Shown here piece by piece: positions 43,565-54,735 of a stretch of 64,000 nt of DNA; position 1 is the stretch's first letter; each line of letters starts with the position of its first letter. The stretch covers positions 604 through 64,603 of the forward strand of contig JAAWMH010000009.1 of NCBI GenBank assembly GCA_022798335.1, read 5' to 3'. Origin of the DNA: Clostridia bacterium. Lineage in GTDB: Bacteria > Bacillota > Clostridia > TANB77 > CAG-508. The position numbers and the translations under genes are program-made. Under the pieces are notes generated by a model. It saw only the letters and a list, made by a program, of their open reading frames with translations. It was not told where the DNA came from and searched no databases.

Positions 43565-43948
43565 ATGATAAAAAAAGTAATGTACATAACAGTAATAATA
43601 GTATTGATACTTATCTTTTTTATGCAAATAAATAAAGTACAAGCTATCAGTATTACAAATATTACAGGAGGAGCAGATAGCTTTGTAAATAGTGGAAAAA
43701 CAGGAGCAGATAATGCAATTAACGGGCAAATTTTAAATAATACTTCTAGTCTAATTTATAATACTTTATTAATAGTAGGAACTTGTATAGCAGTATTAAT
43801 GGCAGCAGTACTTGGTATTAAATTTATAACAGGTAGTGTAGAGCAAAAAGTAAAAATAAAAGAAGCCCTAGTTCCATTTTTAGTAGGATGTATTGTCATC
43901 TTTTCAGCATTTGGCATTTGGAGACTTGTCATTACTGTTTTAAGATAA
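43565..43948 (+). CDS. TrbC/VirB2-like pilin 2
   Basis: Signal peptide; GIKFITGSVEQKVKIKE. Confidence 0.75.
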   Translation: MIKKVMYITVIIVLILIFFMQINKVQAISITNITGGADSFVNSGKTGADNAINGQILNNTSSLIYNTLLIVGTCIAVLMAAVLGIKFITGSVEQKVKIKEALVPFLVGCIVIFSAFGIWRLVITVLR

Positions 43949-44022
43949 CCAATTTTGTTTTTAAAATTGTTTCAAAAACGAAACATGATAATAAGATACA
44001 TAAAATGAAAGGGAGGAATCAT

Positions 44023-44400
44023 ATGAAAAAAACTACAAAAATAATCAGTGTTATGCTAATAATGGTAGTATTATTAGTAGCTATGACAACATTAAGTAGT
44101 GCAACTAATAATGTTGATCCAGCAGGTATTGCCAATGGACTACATGGAACAACAAGTACTGCACAAAATAAAGTTACAGCTATGGGAAACCAACTAATTG
44201 GTATTATTACAACAGTAGGTGTAGTAGTAGCAGTAGTTATTTTATTAGTATTAGGTATTAAATATATGATGGGTAGTGCATCAGAAAAAGCAGAATACAA
44301 AAAGACTATGATACCATATTTAGTAGGTGCTGTTTTAATATTTGGAGCATCAGCTATTACACAAGTAGTAGTAAGTTTAGCATCAGGATTCAACGGATAA
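44023..44400 (+). CDS. TrbC/VirB2-like pilin 3
   Basis: RBS gggagg; signal peptide; GIKYMMGSASEKAEYKK. Confidence 0.78.
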   Translation: MKKTTKIISVMLIMVVLLVAMTTLSSATNNVDPAGIANGLHGTTSTAQNKVTAMGNQLIGIITTVGVVVAVVILLVLGIKYMMGSASEKAEYKKTMIPYLVGAVLIFGASAITQVVVSLASGFNG

Positions 44401-44440
44401 TATTACAATAGTATTACAAGAATATTACGAATATATTAAA
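44401..44440 (+). repeat. four TATTAC(A/G)-like direct repeats with 11 bp period
   Basis: Units at 44401, 44412, 44423 and 44434; a similar triplet at 42977, 42988 and 42999. Confidence 0.65.
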
Positions 44441-44551
44441 AAGTGCATTTTTATGCACTTTTTTTCATTTTTAGGTTACAATTTTCGAGGTTTTTTGCTA
44501 TAATAATATTTAAGTATAATTAGATGCAAAAACAAAGGAGGAAAACCTAAA

Positions 44552-44896
44552 ATGGGCACATATGAATTACCTAGAAATGTAAAAGGTGAAGGTAGAATTT
44601 TATTTATCTTTACTTCAAAAAGTTTAATTTACACTATGGTGGCAGCAGGAGTAGGGTTAATTTTTTATTTTATATTCTCAGCACTAAATTTAACAATGGT
44701 AGGAATTGTTTGCGTAGCAATTTTTGCCTTAATAGGGTTTGGAATTGGGTCTTTAAAAGTTCCAGAGCTTAGTAAATTTGAATTTAGTAAAAAAACAGGA
44801 GGAGAAAATATAGATGATGTTATAAAAAGGGCAATAAAATTCAAAACATCAGGAAAGAAAATATATGTATACAAGGAGGGAAAAAATAATGATTGA
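44552..44896 (+). CDS. PrgI/VirB3-like membrane protein
   Basis: YELPRNVKGEGRIL followed by two TM helices; lies upstream of VirB4. Confidence 0.65.
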   Translation: MGTYELPRNVKGEGRILFIFTSKSLIYTMVAAGVGLIFYFIFSALNLTMVGIVCVAIFALIGFGIGSLKVPELSKFEFSKKTGGENIDDVIKRAIKFKTSGKKIYVYKEGKNND

Positions 44897-46118
44897 GATA
44901 ATTACAATAGCAATAGCAGTTATTTTAATGATAATGTTTGTCTTAGCAGGAATTCTTTGTATCTTATATTTTAAATCTAGAAGCAAAGAACCATCAAAAT
45001 CGAATGCAGTAAGTGCGAAAAAAGAAAGTAAAGTAGCTAAAAACTATACTACAGAATCAGTATTTGATTTTATGGAATTTGACAAAATAGAAGATAACAT
45101 GATTAGCACTAAAAATGGAGCAAAATATGTTATGGTAGTAGAATGCCAAGGTGTTAATTATGACCTAATGTCAGAAATAGAAAAAAATGCAGTAGAAGAA
45201 GGCTTTATTCAATTTTTAAATACCTTAAGACATCCTATTCAAATTTATACACAAACAAGAACTATTAACTTAGAAAGTAGTATTCAAACATATCGTACCA
45301 AAATAGAAGAAATAGAACAAGAATTAGAAAAAGAAAAAAGAAAATATGAACAAATGCTATCTTCAGGAAAATATTCACAAGAACAACTAAATGCAGCATT
45401 TTATGAATTAACAAAAACAACTAACCTTTATGAATATGGAAAAGATATTATTTACACTACAGAAAGAATGAGTTTAAATAAAAATGTATTAAATCAAAAA
45501 TATTATATTGTTATTCCATATTATCCAGAAGAGCTAGGAGAAAATAATTTTGACAAACAAGAAATTAGAAACTTAGCCTTTTCAGAACTATATACAAGAG
45601 CACAATCGATTATCAGAACATTATCTGTATGTGGAGTAAATGGAAGAGTACTAGACTCTAACTCTTTAGTAGACTTACTATATGTAGCATATAACCGTGA
45701 CAGTGCAGAAATTTATGGAGTAGATAAAGCAATAAAGGCAGGTTATGATGAACTATATTCAACAGCACCAGATATATTAGACAAAAAAATGGTAGCAATT
45801 GATCATCAAATAGAAAAAGAGGCATTTGAAAAAGCAAACCAAAAGGTATTAGAAGCAAAATCAGAAAAACAAAAAGAACTAGAAAGAAAACAAGACAATA
45901 TGGAGGACTTAATTGACCAAGTAGCAAAAATGATTATAGACCAAAACAAAAATATTGTAGGAAAAGATGTTGCACAAAAAGCAATTGAAAAAGTAAATGA
46001 AGATACAGTCAAAAGAAGAGGAAGACCTAAAAAACAAGTAAACACAGAAGAAGGAGGTACAAATGAAAATGAGCAAGAAAAACAAGCTAAGGGAAGAAGA
46101 GTTACAAAGACAGCGTAA
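44889..46118 (+). CDS. membrane-anchored T4SS-associated protein (resembles a VirB4 N-terminal region)
   Basis: N-terminal TM; GVNYDLMS..EK..VEEGF..FLNTL..PIQIY. Confidence 0.55.
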   Translation: MIEIITIAIAVILMIMFVLAGILCILYFKSRSKEPSKSNAVSAKKESKVAKNYTTESVFDFMEFDKIEDNMISTKNGAKYVMVVECQGVNYDLMSEIEKNAVEEGFIQFLNTLRHPIQIYTQTRTINLESSIQTYRTKIEEIEQELEKEKRKYEQMLSSGKYSQEQLNAAFYELTKTTNLYEYGKDIIYTTERMSLNKNVLNQKYYIVIPYYPEELGENNFDKQEIRNLAFSELYTRAQSIIRTLSVCGVNGRVLDSNSLVDLLYVAYNRDSAEIYGVDKAIKAGYDELYSTAPDILDKKMVAIDHQIEKEAFEKANQKVLEAKSEKQKELERKQDNMEDLIDQVAKMIIDQNKNIVGKDVAQKAIEKVNEDTVKRRGRPKKQVNTEEGGTNENEQEKQAKGRRVTKTA

Positions 46119-48060
46119 TGATTATAGTAAACCAGATGAATATAAAATTCTAAGAAAGAAAACCATCAAAGAATTAATTGCGCCATCTGGAGTAGATACT
46201 AGCAATATTGACCATTTAGAAATTATTTCTAATGTAACAAGATATGCAAGAAGCTTTTTTGTATCAAGTCTTCCAAGAATGTGTACTTTCCCAGAACTAT
46301 TTAGAGATATGTATCTATTTGGAGATATTAATACATCTATTTATATTAATCCAATTCAAGAATCTAGATCACAAAATGAACTAAATAGAGTTATTAATGA
46401 ACTAGAAACAGAAAGAATTGTAGCAGCAGATAGAGGGAACATTAACAGAGAAAGTACTTTAGGACAAAAAAGGCTAGAAGCAGAACAATTAAGAGATGAA
46501 ATAGCAGCAGGATTTAACAAACTATATGAAGCATCTATTGTAGCAACACTATTTGCCTATAGTCTAGAAGACTTAGATAAATATACAAAATTGCTAGCAA
46601 CAGAAATGTCAAAATCATTAGTCAATGTCAAAAGTGCATGGGCAATGCAAGAAGATGCTTTCCAATCAAACCTTCCATTAATGGAAGATAAAATAAAAAA
46701 GACACATACTTTTGACCGTAGATCTATGGGAACAGTATTTCCATTTACTACTTCAGAAGTAGGGCATCCAAGTGGAATACCATTAGGAATCAACAAACAA
46801 ACAGGAGTACCAATCTTATTTGATAACTTCCATAATTCATTAACCAACTATAATATGGTAATTTTTGCAAAATCTGGTGCAGGAAAATCAGTAACCATGA
46901 AAACATTAATCTCACGTTCAGCAGTTCTTATGGGAATACAAAGTTTAGCACTAGACGCCGAAGGAGAATATAGCATTGTAGCAGAAAGTTTAGGTGGTAT
47001 CAATGTAGTACTATCACCAACTTCTAAAACTGTTATTAATATATTTGATATAGAAACAGAAGTAGTAAAAGACGAAATCACAGGAAGAGACAGAATTGTT
47101 TTAAGTGTAGAAAATAAAGTAGAAGACGTAACACAGGCATTACTTACCATGGCAAGAGGAAGTACTAGAAGTGGGGAAGTAAACGAACTTACGAAACAAA
47201 TTATAGCAGAATCTGTATCAGAAGAATATAGTGCCCATGGCATTACTTCAGATCCAAATAGTTTATATGCAGCAACAAATGACACATTACAAGGAAATAT
47301 GCTAGGAAAAGAAAAAAAGAAAATGCCAACAATAGGATCATGGTATAAAAGAATAGAAGCAAAAGCAGCATCAAATACAAACCCAGACTATAACTTCCAT
47401 TATAGCTATTTATTAAAAGTTATGAAACAATATATCAGAGAATATGACGGACAAATGGCATATTTTGATGGACAATCTACCTTTGATTTATTAGATGGAA
47501 CATTATTTATCAATTTAGACATCTCACAATTAGAAGAAAGATTTGCAAGACCACTTGCCCAGCAGATATTACTTGCATGGATTTGGGAAAAATATGTAAA
47601 GAAAAACAGTGAAGACAGAAGCAAAGCTGCTAAAAAAAGGGTATTAGTAGACGAAGCATGGATGCTTTTACCATACCCAGAAGCAGTAGATTTCTTAAAC
47701 ACTATGGCAAGACGTGCTAGAAAAAGAAATGTATCATTAGCCATTATTTCACAAAGATTCCAAGACTTTTATGAAAAACCAGAAGCGCAAGCAGTATTAA
47801 CATCATCAGACACAAAACTATTTTTAGCACAAGATAAATCAGAAATACAGTACTTAAAAGAAGTATTTAAATTAAGCGAAGGAGAAGCAGACTTTTTAAT
47901 TACATGTTTTAAAGGAGAAGGCTTACTAAAAGTAGGAGCAGATAGTGCAATTATTCAAATCCAACCTACCGCAAAGGAATTTGAGTTCGTAGAAACAAAC
48001 TTAAATAAGTTAGCGCAAATGAAAAGCAAAAATGTAAGACAAACCTATTTAGGAGGATAA
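46063..48060 (+). CDS. VirB4-like ATPase
   Basis: NYNMVIFAKSGAGKS, LDAEGEY, VDEAW, RRARKR, SQ. Confidence 0.88.
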   Translation: MKMSKKNKLREEELQRQRNDYSKPDEYKILRKKTIKELIAPSGVDTSNIDHLEIISNVTRYARSFFVSSLPRMCTFPELFRDMYLFGDINTSIYINPIQESRSQNELNRVINELETERIVAADRGNINRESTLGQKRLEAEQLRDEIAAGFNKLYEASIVATLFAYSLEDLDKYTKLLATEMSKSLVNVKSAWAMQEDAFQSNLPLMEDKIKKTHTFDRRSMGTVFPFTTSEVGHPSGIPLGINKQTGVPILFDNFHNSLTNYNMVIFAKSGAGKSVTMKTLISRSAVLMGIQSLALDAEGEYSIVAESLGGINVVLSPTSKTVINIFDIETEVVKDEITGRDRIVLSVENKVEDVTQALLTMARGSTRSGEVNELTKQIIAESVSEEYSAHGITSDPNSLYAATNDTLQGNMLGKEKKKMPTIGSWYKRIEAKAASNTNPDYNFHYSYLLKVMKQYIREYDGQMAYFDGQSTFDLLDGTLFINLDISQLEERFARPLAQQILLAWIWEKYVKKNSEDRSKAAKKRVLVDEAWMLLPYPEAVDFLNTMARRARKRNVSLAIISQRFQDFYEKPEAQAVLTSSDTKLFLAQDKSEIQYLKEVFKLSEGEADFLITCFKGEGLLKVGADSAIIQIQPTAKEFEFVETNLNKLAQMKSKNVRQTYLGG

Positions 48061-48061
48061 T

Positions 48062-50876
48062 ATGAAATTTTTGACGCAAACAAGAACTACACATAAGATA
48101 ATTATTGCAATTGTATTTGTAATATTATTTAATTTTATATCACCTAATCTATCTATAGCATCAGCAGCGTCAACAGCAGGAGGAATTTTATTTGAACCAA
48201 TCAAAGACTTACTTTTAGTAATAGCAGATGGAATTATTACATTAGTACAATCTATTTTGTTTGGTATGGACGCCTCGTTTATGACAATAAGGTATGATAA
48301 AGACTGGGTACCAACTGCCGTGCGGAGTGGTTTTAGGAGTTATTGCAGGAGGCGCTGCAATTGTAATAGGTATAGCAGGCGCACCATTTACAGGAGGATT
48401 TAGCTTAGCAGCAGTAGCAGCAGGAGCAAAAATTATTATAGGTTCTGTTACAGTAGGAATAGGAGTAGGAATAACAGCAACTTATTTATCTTCAAAAGCC
48501 CTGCCGGAAAAATTAAAGTTGCCAATGTTTGCCCTAAGCCCAGAAGAAATTTTCCAAAATAAAGTAGCTTTACTAGATGTTAATTTCTTTAATCCAAATC
48601 AATATGAAGATATGCAAGTTACAGGAGGAGAAGAAATTGAGCAAAAATCAAGTGCGCTTATTTTACAGCCAATTATATCTACCTGGTATTATGCATTAAG
48701 AAATTTAGCAATTGTAGCATTATTATCTATTTTAATTTATATGGGTATTAGAATTATCATTAGTAGCTCAGCAGAAGATAAGGCAAAATATAAACAACGT
48801 TTGCTTGACTGGCTAGTAGCTATGTGTTTATTGTTCTTTATGCATTATATTATGGCCTTTGCGGTAACCTTAACAGAAGAAATCACCAAAGCAGTAGGAT
48901 CTATGAATGGAGAATATGGCATTATTATAGGAGCATCAGAACCAATAGCAGAAGAAGGAGAAGGAGATAGCAGAAACTTAAAAGACTTCCAATATGAAGA
49001 TGGATCAGATATCTTTGGAAGTGGAGAAGTAGCAGAAAGTTTAAGAAAACAAGGAATTATTGTAGACAATAAAGATGGAGGAGAATTACTTGTTTGGCCA
49101 TCTAACATGATGGGAAAAGCAAGAATAGAATTACAATTAGAGCCAAGTAATATTACAGACGATGAAATTTTAATGAGACAATTTGGTTATACCATTATTT
49201 ATTTAGCGTTAGTTATGTATACGGTATTATTCTTATTCCGTTATCTAAAAAGGCTAATGATGCTTGCATTTTTAACAATTATTGCACCACTTATGGCAAT
49301 GACTTATCCACTAGATAAAATGAAAGACGGAAGTGCACAAGGCTTTAATAGTTGGTTTAAAGAATATATTTACAATTTATTAATTCAACCAGTACATTTA
49401 ATTCTATATACTGTATTAATAGGTTCTGCTTTAGACTTAGTAATGGACAATCTAATTTATGGATTAGTAGCATTAGGCTTCTTACTACAAGCAGAAAAAT
49501 TATTACGTAAATTCTTCGGATTTGATAAAGCATCTACAGTTGCAGGAGGTTCTGCACTAGGCGGAGCTTTAGCAATGCAGGGAATTAATCAAATGAGCAA
49601 AATGCTAGGCAGAGGTGCAAAAGGTGATAAAGGCGGAAAAGACAATAGCCAAAACAAAAAAGTACCAGGAGGAAATAGAAAAGCAGATAAAGATAAAGAT
49701 GCAGATGCTTTATATGGAAATATATTAGGAAATGGATCAACTGATAATACAGAGCCACTTACTTCTTCAAGAGGAGATACACCAGAAGGACAAAGAGACA
49801 TGAGAGGAGACATGTTAAATGTTTACGATGAAGGATTTGGAACTGATAGTTATGACTCTCATGAAAGAGAAGCAATGGCAAGAGATGCTTATGAGCCAGA
49901 AGGAATGAACTATTCTTCAGATGAATATGCTAACATTTTAAGAGATAGCGGATATAGTGAAGACGAAATTGCAGACATGATAAGAACTAGAGATGGAGCA
50001 GATGATGGACAAGCAGGAGCAGATCTTCCAATGGGTGAACCAACACTTACAACTCTACCACCAGAACCACCACCATCACCAATGCCAGCACCAGCACCAG
50101 AGCCAACAGTGCCAATAGCTCCACCAACAAGAACTAGTGTAGGAAGTAATCATAATGCACAAGCAGATAGACCAAGGAGAAGAAGAAGAGATATAAGAGG
50201 CAACATAGGAAAAGGTTTAGCTCAAGCAGGTAGACATGCAGCCTATATAGCACCAAGAGCAGCAAAATTTGCAGCTAGAAATGCAGTAAAAGGAACTCTA
50301 ATGGGAGCAGGAGCAGTAGCAGGAGTAACAGCAGGTTTAGTGTCAGATGATTTCTCAAATGTAGTAAAATGGGGAGGAGCAGGTCTAGGAGCAGGTTTAG
50401 TCGCAGGAAGAGGAGTAACTAGCATTCCAGATAGAGCATCAGGATTTGGCGATAGAATAATAGATGCAGCAGAAGAAGAATATGCAGCAACACATACAGA
50501 AGATCAAGTAGAAGCAAGACAAAATGCAATAGAAGATGCAAAATTCTTACATAATAAAGAAACAAGAAAGCTATACCAAGACAAATTAGGAGTATCTGCA
50601 AAAGAAGCACAAAAGATTATGAAAGAAGATGCAGTTAAATATAGAAAATATGGAGTAACAGATGATAAAGCAATTATTAAAGCAATGAAAGCAGATAGAG
50701 ATCAATTTGGAGATAGCAAATCATCAGATGAAAGAATATTACTTGCTAAATTAACATCAGAAGTAAGTACAAGAAAAGATTTAGATCAAGTAGAAAAAGG
50801 ATTAAGACGTAGAGGTATATCAGAACAAGACACGAAAAAATATATTGATACCATTACAAGCTTTAAAGACTGGTAA
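48062..50876 (+). CDS. VirB6/TrbL-like polytopic membrane protein, ~937 aa via a +1 shift at CGG 48323
   Basis: PTAV-G-VVLGVIAGG joins ORFs 48062..48403 and 48294..50876; KAKYK..L.DW, FLTIIAPL; Gly/Ala/Pro-rich tail. Confidence 0.75.
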
Positions 50877-50903
50877 TAAAGTAAAAACAAGGAGGGATAC
50901 AAA

Positions 50904-51887
50904 ATGGCAAATAATCTGTTTAGAAAATACAATCAAAATCGAAAAACAATCTGGACAGTTATTATATTTGTAGCCTTCTTTGTTATTTTATTACAAACAG
51001 TTTTTGCTATTATTAGAAGTAGCAAAAATAAAGAAAGGGAGCAAGCTTTAGAAGAATTAAATAAACAAAAAAATAGCACACAAATAAATGAAGTTTTAAA
51101 TAATGAACAAAACAATATAACTGTACCAAATACAGGAGCTAGTAGTAGCCAAAACAGAGAAAGTTATAGAAAAACGGCACAAATAGAACTAAATAAATTT
51201 GTACAATACTGCAATAATGGGCAAATACAAGAAGCTTATGAAATGATAACCTCAGATTGTAAACAAATACTATTTCCAACTTTGCAAGACTTTAACAATA
51301 ACTATGTACAAAAAATATTTACCCAAAAAAGAACTATAAAAGTAGAAAACAGTATGTATGGAGAATCTATTTATAAAGTAAGCTATTATGAAGATATACT
51401 TTCAAATGGAGGGTATGGGCAAAGTAATACTTTGCAAGACTATGTTCGAATAGAAAGAACAAATGAAGGATATAAATTTAGCTTTAATAAATTCTTATAT
51501 CTAGAAAACATAGAAAAAAATGAAAATGCTAATCTAATATATATGAAAGCCTTACAAAAACAAGTATATATAGACTTCGAAATATATCAAATTCAAATAA
51601 CTAATAATACACAAAATACCATATTAATTTCAACAAGACAAGAAGAAAATAGTGTTTATATTGTAGATGAAAAAGAAGTAACATACCCATCTAATATGGA
51701 TGAACAAGCAATAGAAAGACTAATTGTAAAGCCAGGAGCAACAACTATGTTAAACATAAAATTTAACAAAATGTATAATCCAGAAAGAAAAATTAATGCC
51801 ATTAGATTTGTAGATATTGTATCAGATTATGAAAAGTACCAAAGAGGAGAAGAAGTAGAAAAGATTAAAATGAATATCAAATTTTAA
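50904..51887 (+). CDS. bitopic membrane protein of the T4SS-like locus
   Basis: Single N-terminal TM; RBS ggagg; operon-like spacing. Confidence 0.7.
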   Translation: MANNLFRKYNQNRKTIWTVIIFVAFFVILLQTVFAIIRSSKNKEREQALEELNKQKNSTQINEVLNNEQNNITVPNTGASSSQNRESYRKTAQIELNKFVQYCNNGQIQEAYEMITSDCKQILFPTLQDFNNNYVQKIFTQKRTIKVENSMYGESIYKVSYYEDILSNGGYGQSNTLQDYVRIERTNEGYKFSFNKFLYLENIEKNENANLIYMKALQKQVYIDFEIYQIQITNNTQNTILISTRQEENSVYIVDEKEVTYPSNMDEQAIERLIVKPGATTMLNIKFNKMYNPERKINAIRFVDIVSDYEKYQRGEEVEKIKMNIKF

Positions 51888-51902
51888 AAAATAGAGGAGA
51901 AT

Positions 51903-54722
51903 ATGGGAAATTTTAAAGAAAATTTGCAAGAAGGAATAAAAAAAGCAAAAACTGTAGTTATTAATATAATTAAACAGCCACTAAAAAAGTTAAAATGGGT
52001 AGCACTTGCTATTATAATTGTTATCACTTCTTTAGTGGCAAGTTATGATGCGCTAGCAGACCAATTCTCCAAAAAAACAGGCGAACATATGAAAAATAAC
52101 CCTGTACAATATGATGCAAAAGATGGATCGATTGTTATAGAAGAAGAACAAATAGCAGCTTTAGAAAAGATAATAGCAGATATGGGAACAACGAAAGAAA
52201 ATTTAGGACTAACTACAGAAAATCTAAAAAAAATATATGCAGCAGAAGTAGTAACCCAAGAAATCAATAGAGGAGTACCAGAAGAAAAAGGAAAATATTA
52301 TGGTAGAATTTATGTAAAAAAAGCAAAAGATTCTACAGAAGAAAAAGATCTAGAAGATTTAATTTATATAGACTATGAACAATTTAAATCTTTATCAGCT
52401 TCAGAAATTACAAAATATTTTTCTATTCATGAAGATAAGCTATGTATTGCAAGTACGCGAGTAACAACAAATTCAGATGGAACAACAACAGAGCAAGTCA
52501 ATATACAAGAATTAAATTACAAAAATCAATTACTGCCTTATATGATGCCAGTAGAGTTTTTATTAGATTTATGTTTTATTACGCATAACCCAGAATTTGT
52601 TATGGCATTAGCAGATAAAGTACTAGAAGAAACTAAAATTACAATAGCAGTATTAGAAGAAACTACAACTACACAAACAGAAACAACCAATAAATATAAA
52701 ATAGAAACAGAAACCGCAAGTTATGAAGCAAAATATGATAAAGACGGAAAATACATTACTACAGTTCATCATGATCCAACTACTACAATAAGTGCAGAAC
52801 AAACTGAAAAAATTACGCAAACAGTTACTACAGTATCGCCAATTGTTAAAATTGTATCAATTAAAAGCTGGTTTATAGAGCAAACTTATACCTATAATAA
52901 GGTAACAACAACCACTGTAACAGGAGGAGAAAGTGAGCAAATAGACCTACCAGATGAACAAAAGGGAATCCATAATTATCAATATTCTCATACAGTGAAC
53001 CATGCAGATGGAACAAGCGAAAAAATATATACAAGTACTATTACTAGAAAAATAGGGCAAAAACAATATGCAACAATTACCACAACACAAGTTACTTATC
53101 AAGAAGGAATTACAAAAGAACCACTAGACAAAGCAGACGAATTTTTAAAATTATTAAAAACACCATTTAAAATGCCAGGAGCCTTTAGAAAAGAAGCAGC
53201 AATAGGAGATGTTGTAAGTGGAGCAGGAGTACTATTACAAATGCTACAAAATAACGAAAGAACACAAGCTGTAGAACACATTATGAGATACATTCTTTAT
53301 ATTTATACAGGAAAGTATTATGGAGTAAAAGAACTAGACTTAAATTTATTTGAAGCAAATAATTTTACAACTATTTCTAATGGAAGTTTATCAAGTTATT
53401 TAAGACAATTTGCCCACTCAGGAGAGGCACCACAATCAGCAGATGGAAAATATTATCTAATGTATGGAGACGGTTACGGATGGCCAACAATAGGAACAGC
53501 AGATTTACAATGGAAATCACATTATAGCAAATTTGATGTACCAGGAATGGTCTTGAAAAATGGACAAGAACAATCTGTTAGCAGTGTAAAAGACTATGTA
53601 AATGGATATTTAACTAAAGGCGCAACTGCAAAATATACTAATGATGAAGTATATCAAATGCAAATATATATAGAAAAAGAATTAGTAGATAAAATAGGAG
53701 ATAGTGTACAAGAAGTATACTATAATGCAGCATTAAACAATACACAAGGCTTAAATCTTTCAAAACAGCAATTATATGCACTAACACATATAATTTATAA
53801 CTTTGGACATTTACCAGTTAGAAATGGAAAAACATTTAAACAAGTTTATGAAGCAGGAGCAGCATTATATACCATTAACTCTTGGGAACATAATCGCTAC
53901 ATATGGGATAATTGGTGGAATTATCTAGAAGGAGGAGCACCAGGACACATTAAATCAAGAGATGCCACTTTTGAAACCTATGTAAAAGGAATTTTAGATT
54001 ATTCTCAATCTAGCGCAGGCCCATTAGGAGCAAGAAAACATTATATTTATTATACACAAGCACAAATAAATAGAATTAGTTATGCACCAAAATTACCAAT
54101 TACAAGAACAAGTAGTAATGAAAAAGAAATATTCACTTATGAAGAAAATAGTAGTGGAACAAACGGTGTTGTAGATGTAGGAAACTTAGAATTAACCACT
54201 TATACGAACAAAGCAGGAAAAACCTTTATAGAATATAAACAAAATGTAGGACCTTGGGCGAAAATGCCATATGGAAACAATACTATAGCATATCAAGGAT
54301 GCAGTATTACTTGTTTAGCCATAATGACAAGTGGATATGGTTATAATTATACACCACAAAAATGGTCTAGTACTTCTCTAATTGGTATGGCATCTCAAGC
54401 CAAACAATATGCACCAGGAAGTACCTATGTACAAATTGGTGGAGGAGCTTACAATGCAAATCTAAATATTGCACAAACCAATAAAACTGATATACAAAAT
54501 CACTTAAAAACAGGAAATGTTGTTATTATTCACGTATTAGGTTCTAAAAATGGTTATAATAGTCCATATACTTCAAGTGAACACTGGATGGTATTGTTAG
54601 ACATTAATGAAGCAGGAGACCAGGTATATGTATGTAACCCATATGCAGGAAAATCAAATGGATGGACAGATATTAATCAAGCTTTAAAATCATTATCATT
54701 CTATATAAAGGTAAGTAAATAA
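51903..54722 (+). CDS. membrane-anchored cell-wall hydrolase: lysozyme-like domain plus C39-like peptidase
   Basis: YGDGYGWPTIG and QLYALTHIIYNFG (GH24-like); Q..GPW...YG..TIAYQGCSITCLA, HWMVL, VCNP. Confidence 0.7.
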   Translation: MGNFKENLQEGIKKAKTVVINIIKQPLKKLKWVALAIIIVITSLVASYDALADQFSKKTGEHMKNNPVQYDAKDGSIVIEEEQIAALEKIIADMGTTKENLGLTTENLKKIYAAEVVTQEINRGVPEEKGKYYGRIYVKKAKDSTEEKDLEDLIYIDYEQFKSLSASEITKYFSIHEDKLCIASTRVTTNSDGTTTEQVNIQELNYKNQLLPYMMPVEFLLDLCFITHNPEFVMALADKVLEETKITIAVLEETTTTQTETTNKYKIETETASYEAKYDKDGKYITTVHHDPTTTISAEQTEKITQTVTTVSPIVKIVSIKSWFIEQTYTYNKVTTTTVTGGESEQIDLPDEQKGIHNYQYSHTVNHADGTSEKIYTSTITRKIGQKQYATITTTQVTYQEGITKEPLDKADEFLKLLKTPFKMPGAFRKEAAIGDVVSGAGVLLQMLQNNERTQAVEHIMRYILYIYTGKYYGVKELDLNLFEANNFTTISNGSLSSYLRQFAHSGEAPQSADGKYYLMYGDGYGWPTIGTADLQWKSHYSKFDVPGMVLKNGQEQSVSSVKDYVNGYLTKGATAKYTNDEVYQMQIYIEKELVDKIGDSVQEVYYNAALNNTQGLNLSKQQLYALTHIIYNFGHLPVRNGKTFKQVYEAGAALYTINSWEHNRYIWDNWWNYLEGGAPGHIKSRDATFETYVKGILDYSQSSAGPLGARKHYIYYTQAQINRISYAPKLPITRTSSNEKEIFTYEENSSGTNGVVDVGNLELTTYTNKAGKTFIEYKQNVGPWAKMPYGNNTIAYQGCSITCLAIMTSGYGYNYTPQKWSSTSLIGMASQAKQYAPGSTYVQIGGGAYNANLNIAQTNKTDIQNHLKTGNVVIIHVLGSKNGYNSPYTSSEHWMVLLDINEAGDQVYVCNPYAGKSNGWTDINQALKSLSFYIKVSK

Positions 54723-54735
54723 AGGAGGAAAGAAA

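Noticed and set aside
8807..48326. Treating the split genes as ordinary pseudogenes or homopolymer sequencing errors
   Set aside because: The breaks are not in homopolymers while long A-runs are intact. All 12 share the same codon-phased, coding-strand C-GGN pattern and the genes have no other lesions. Only raw reads can exclude an artefact completely.
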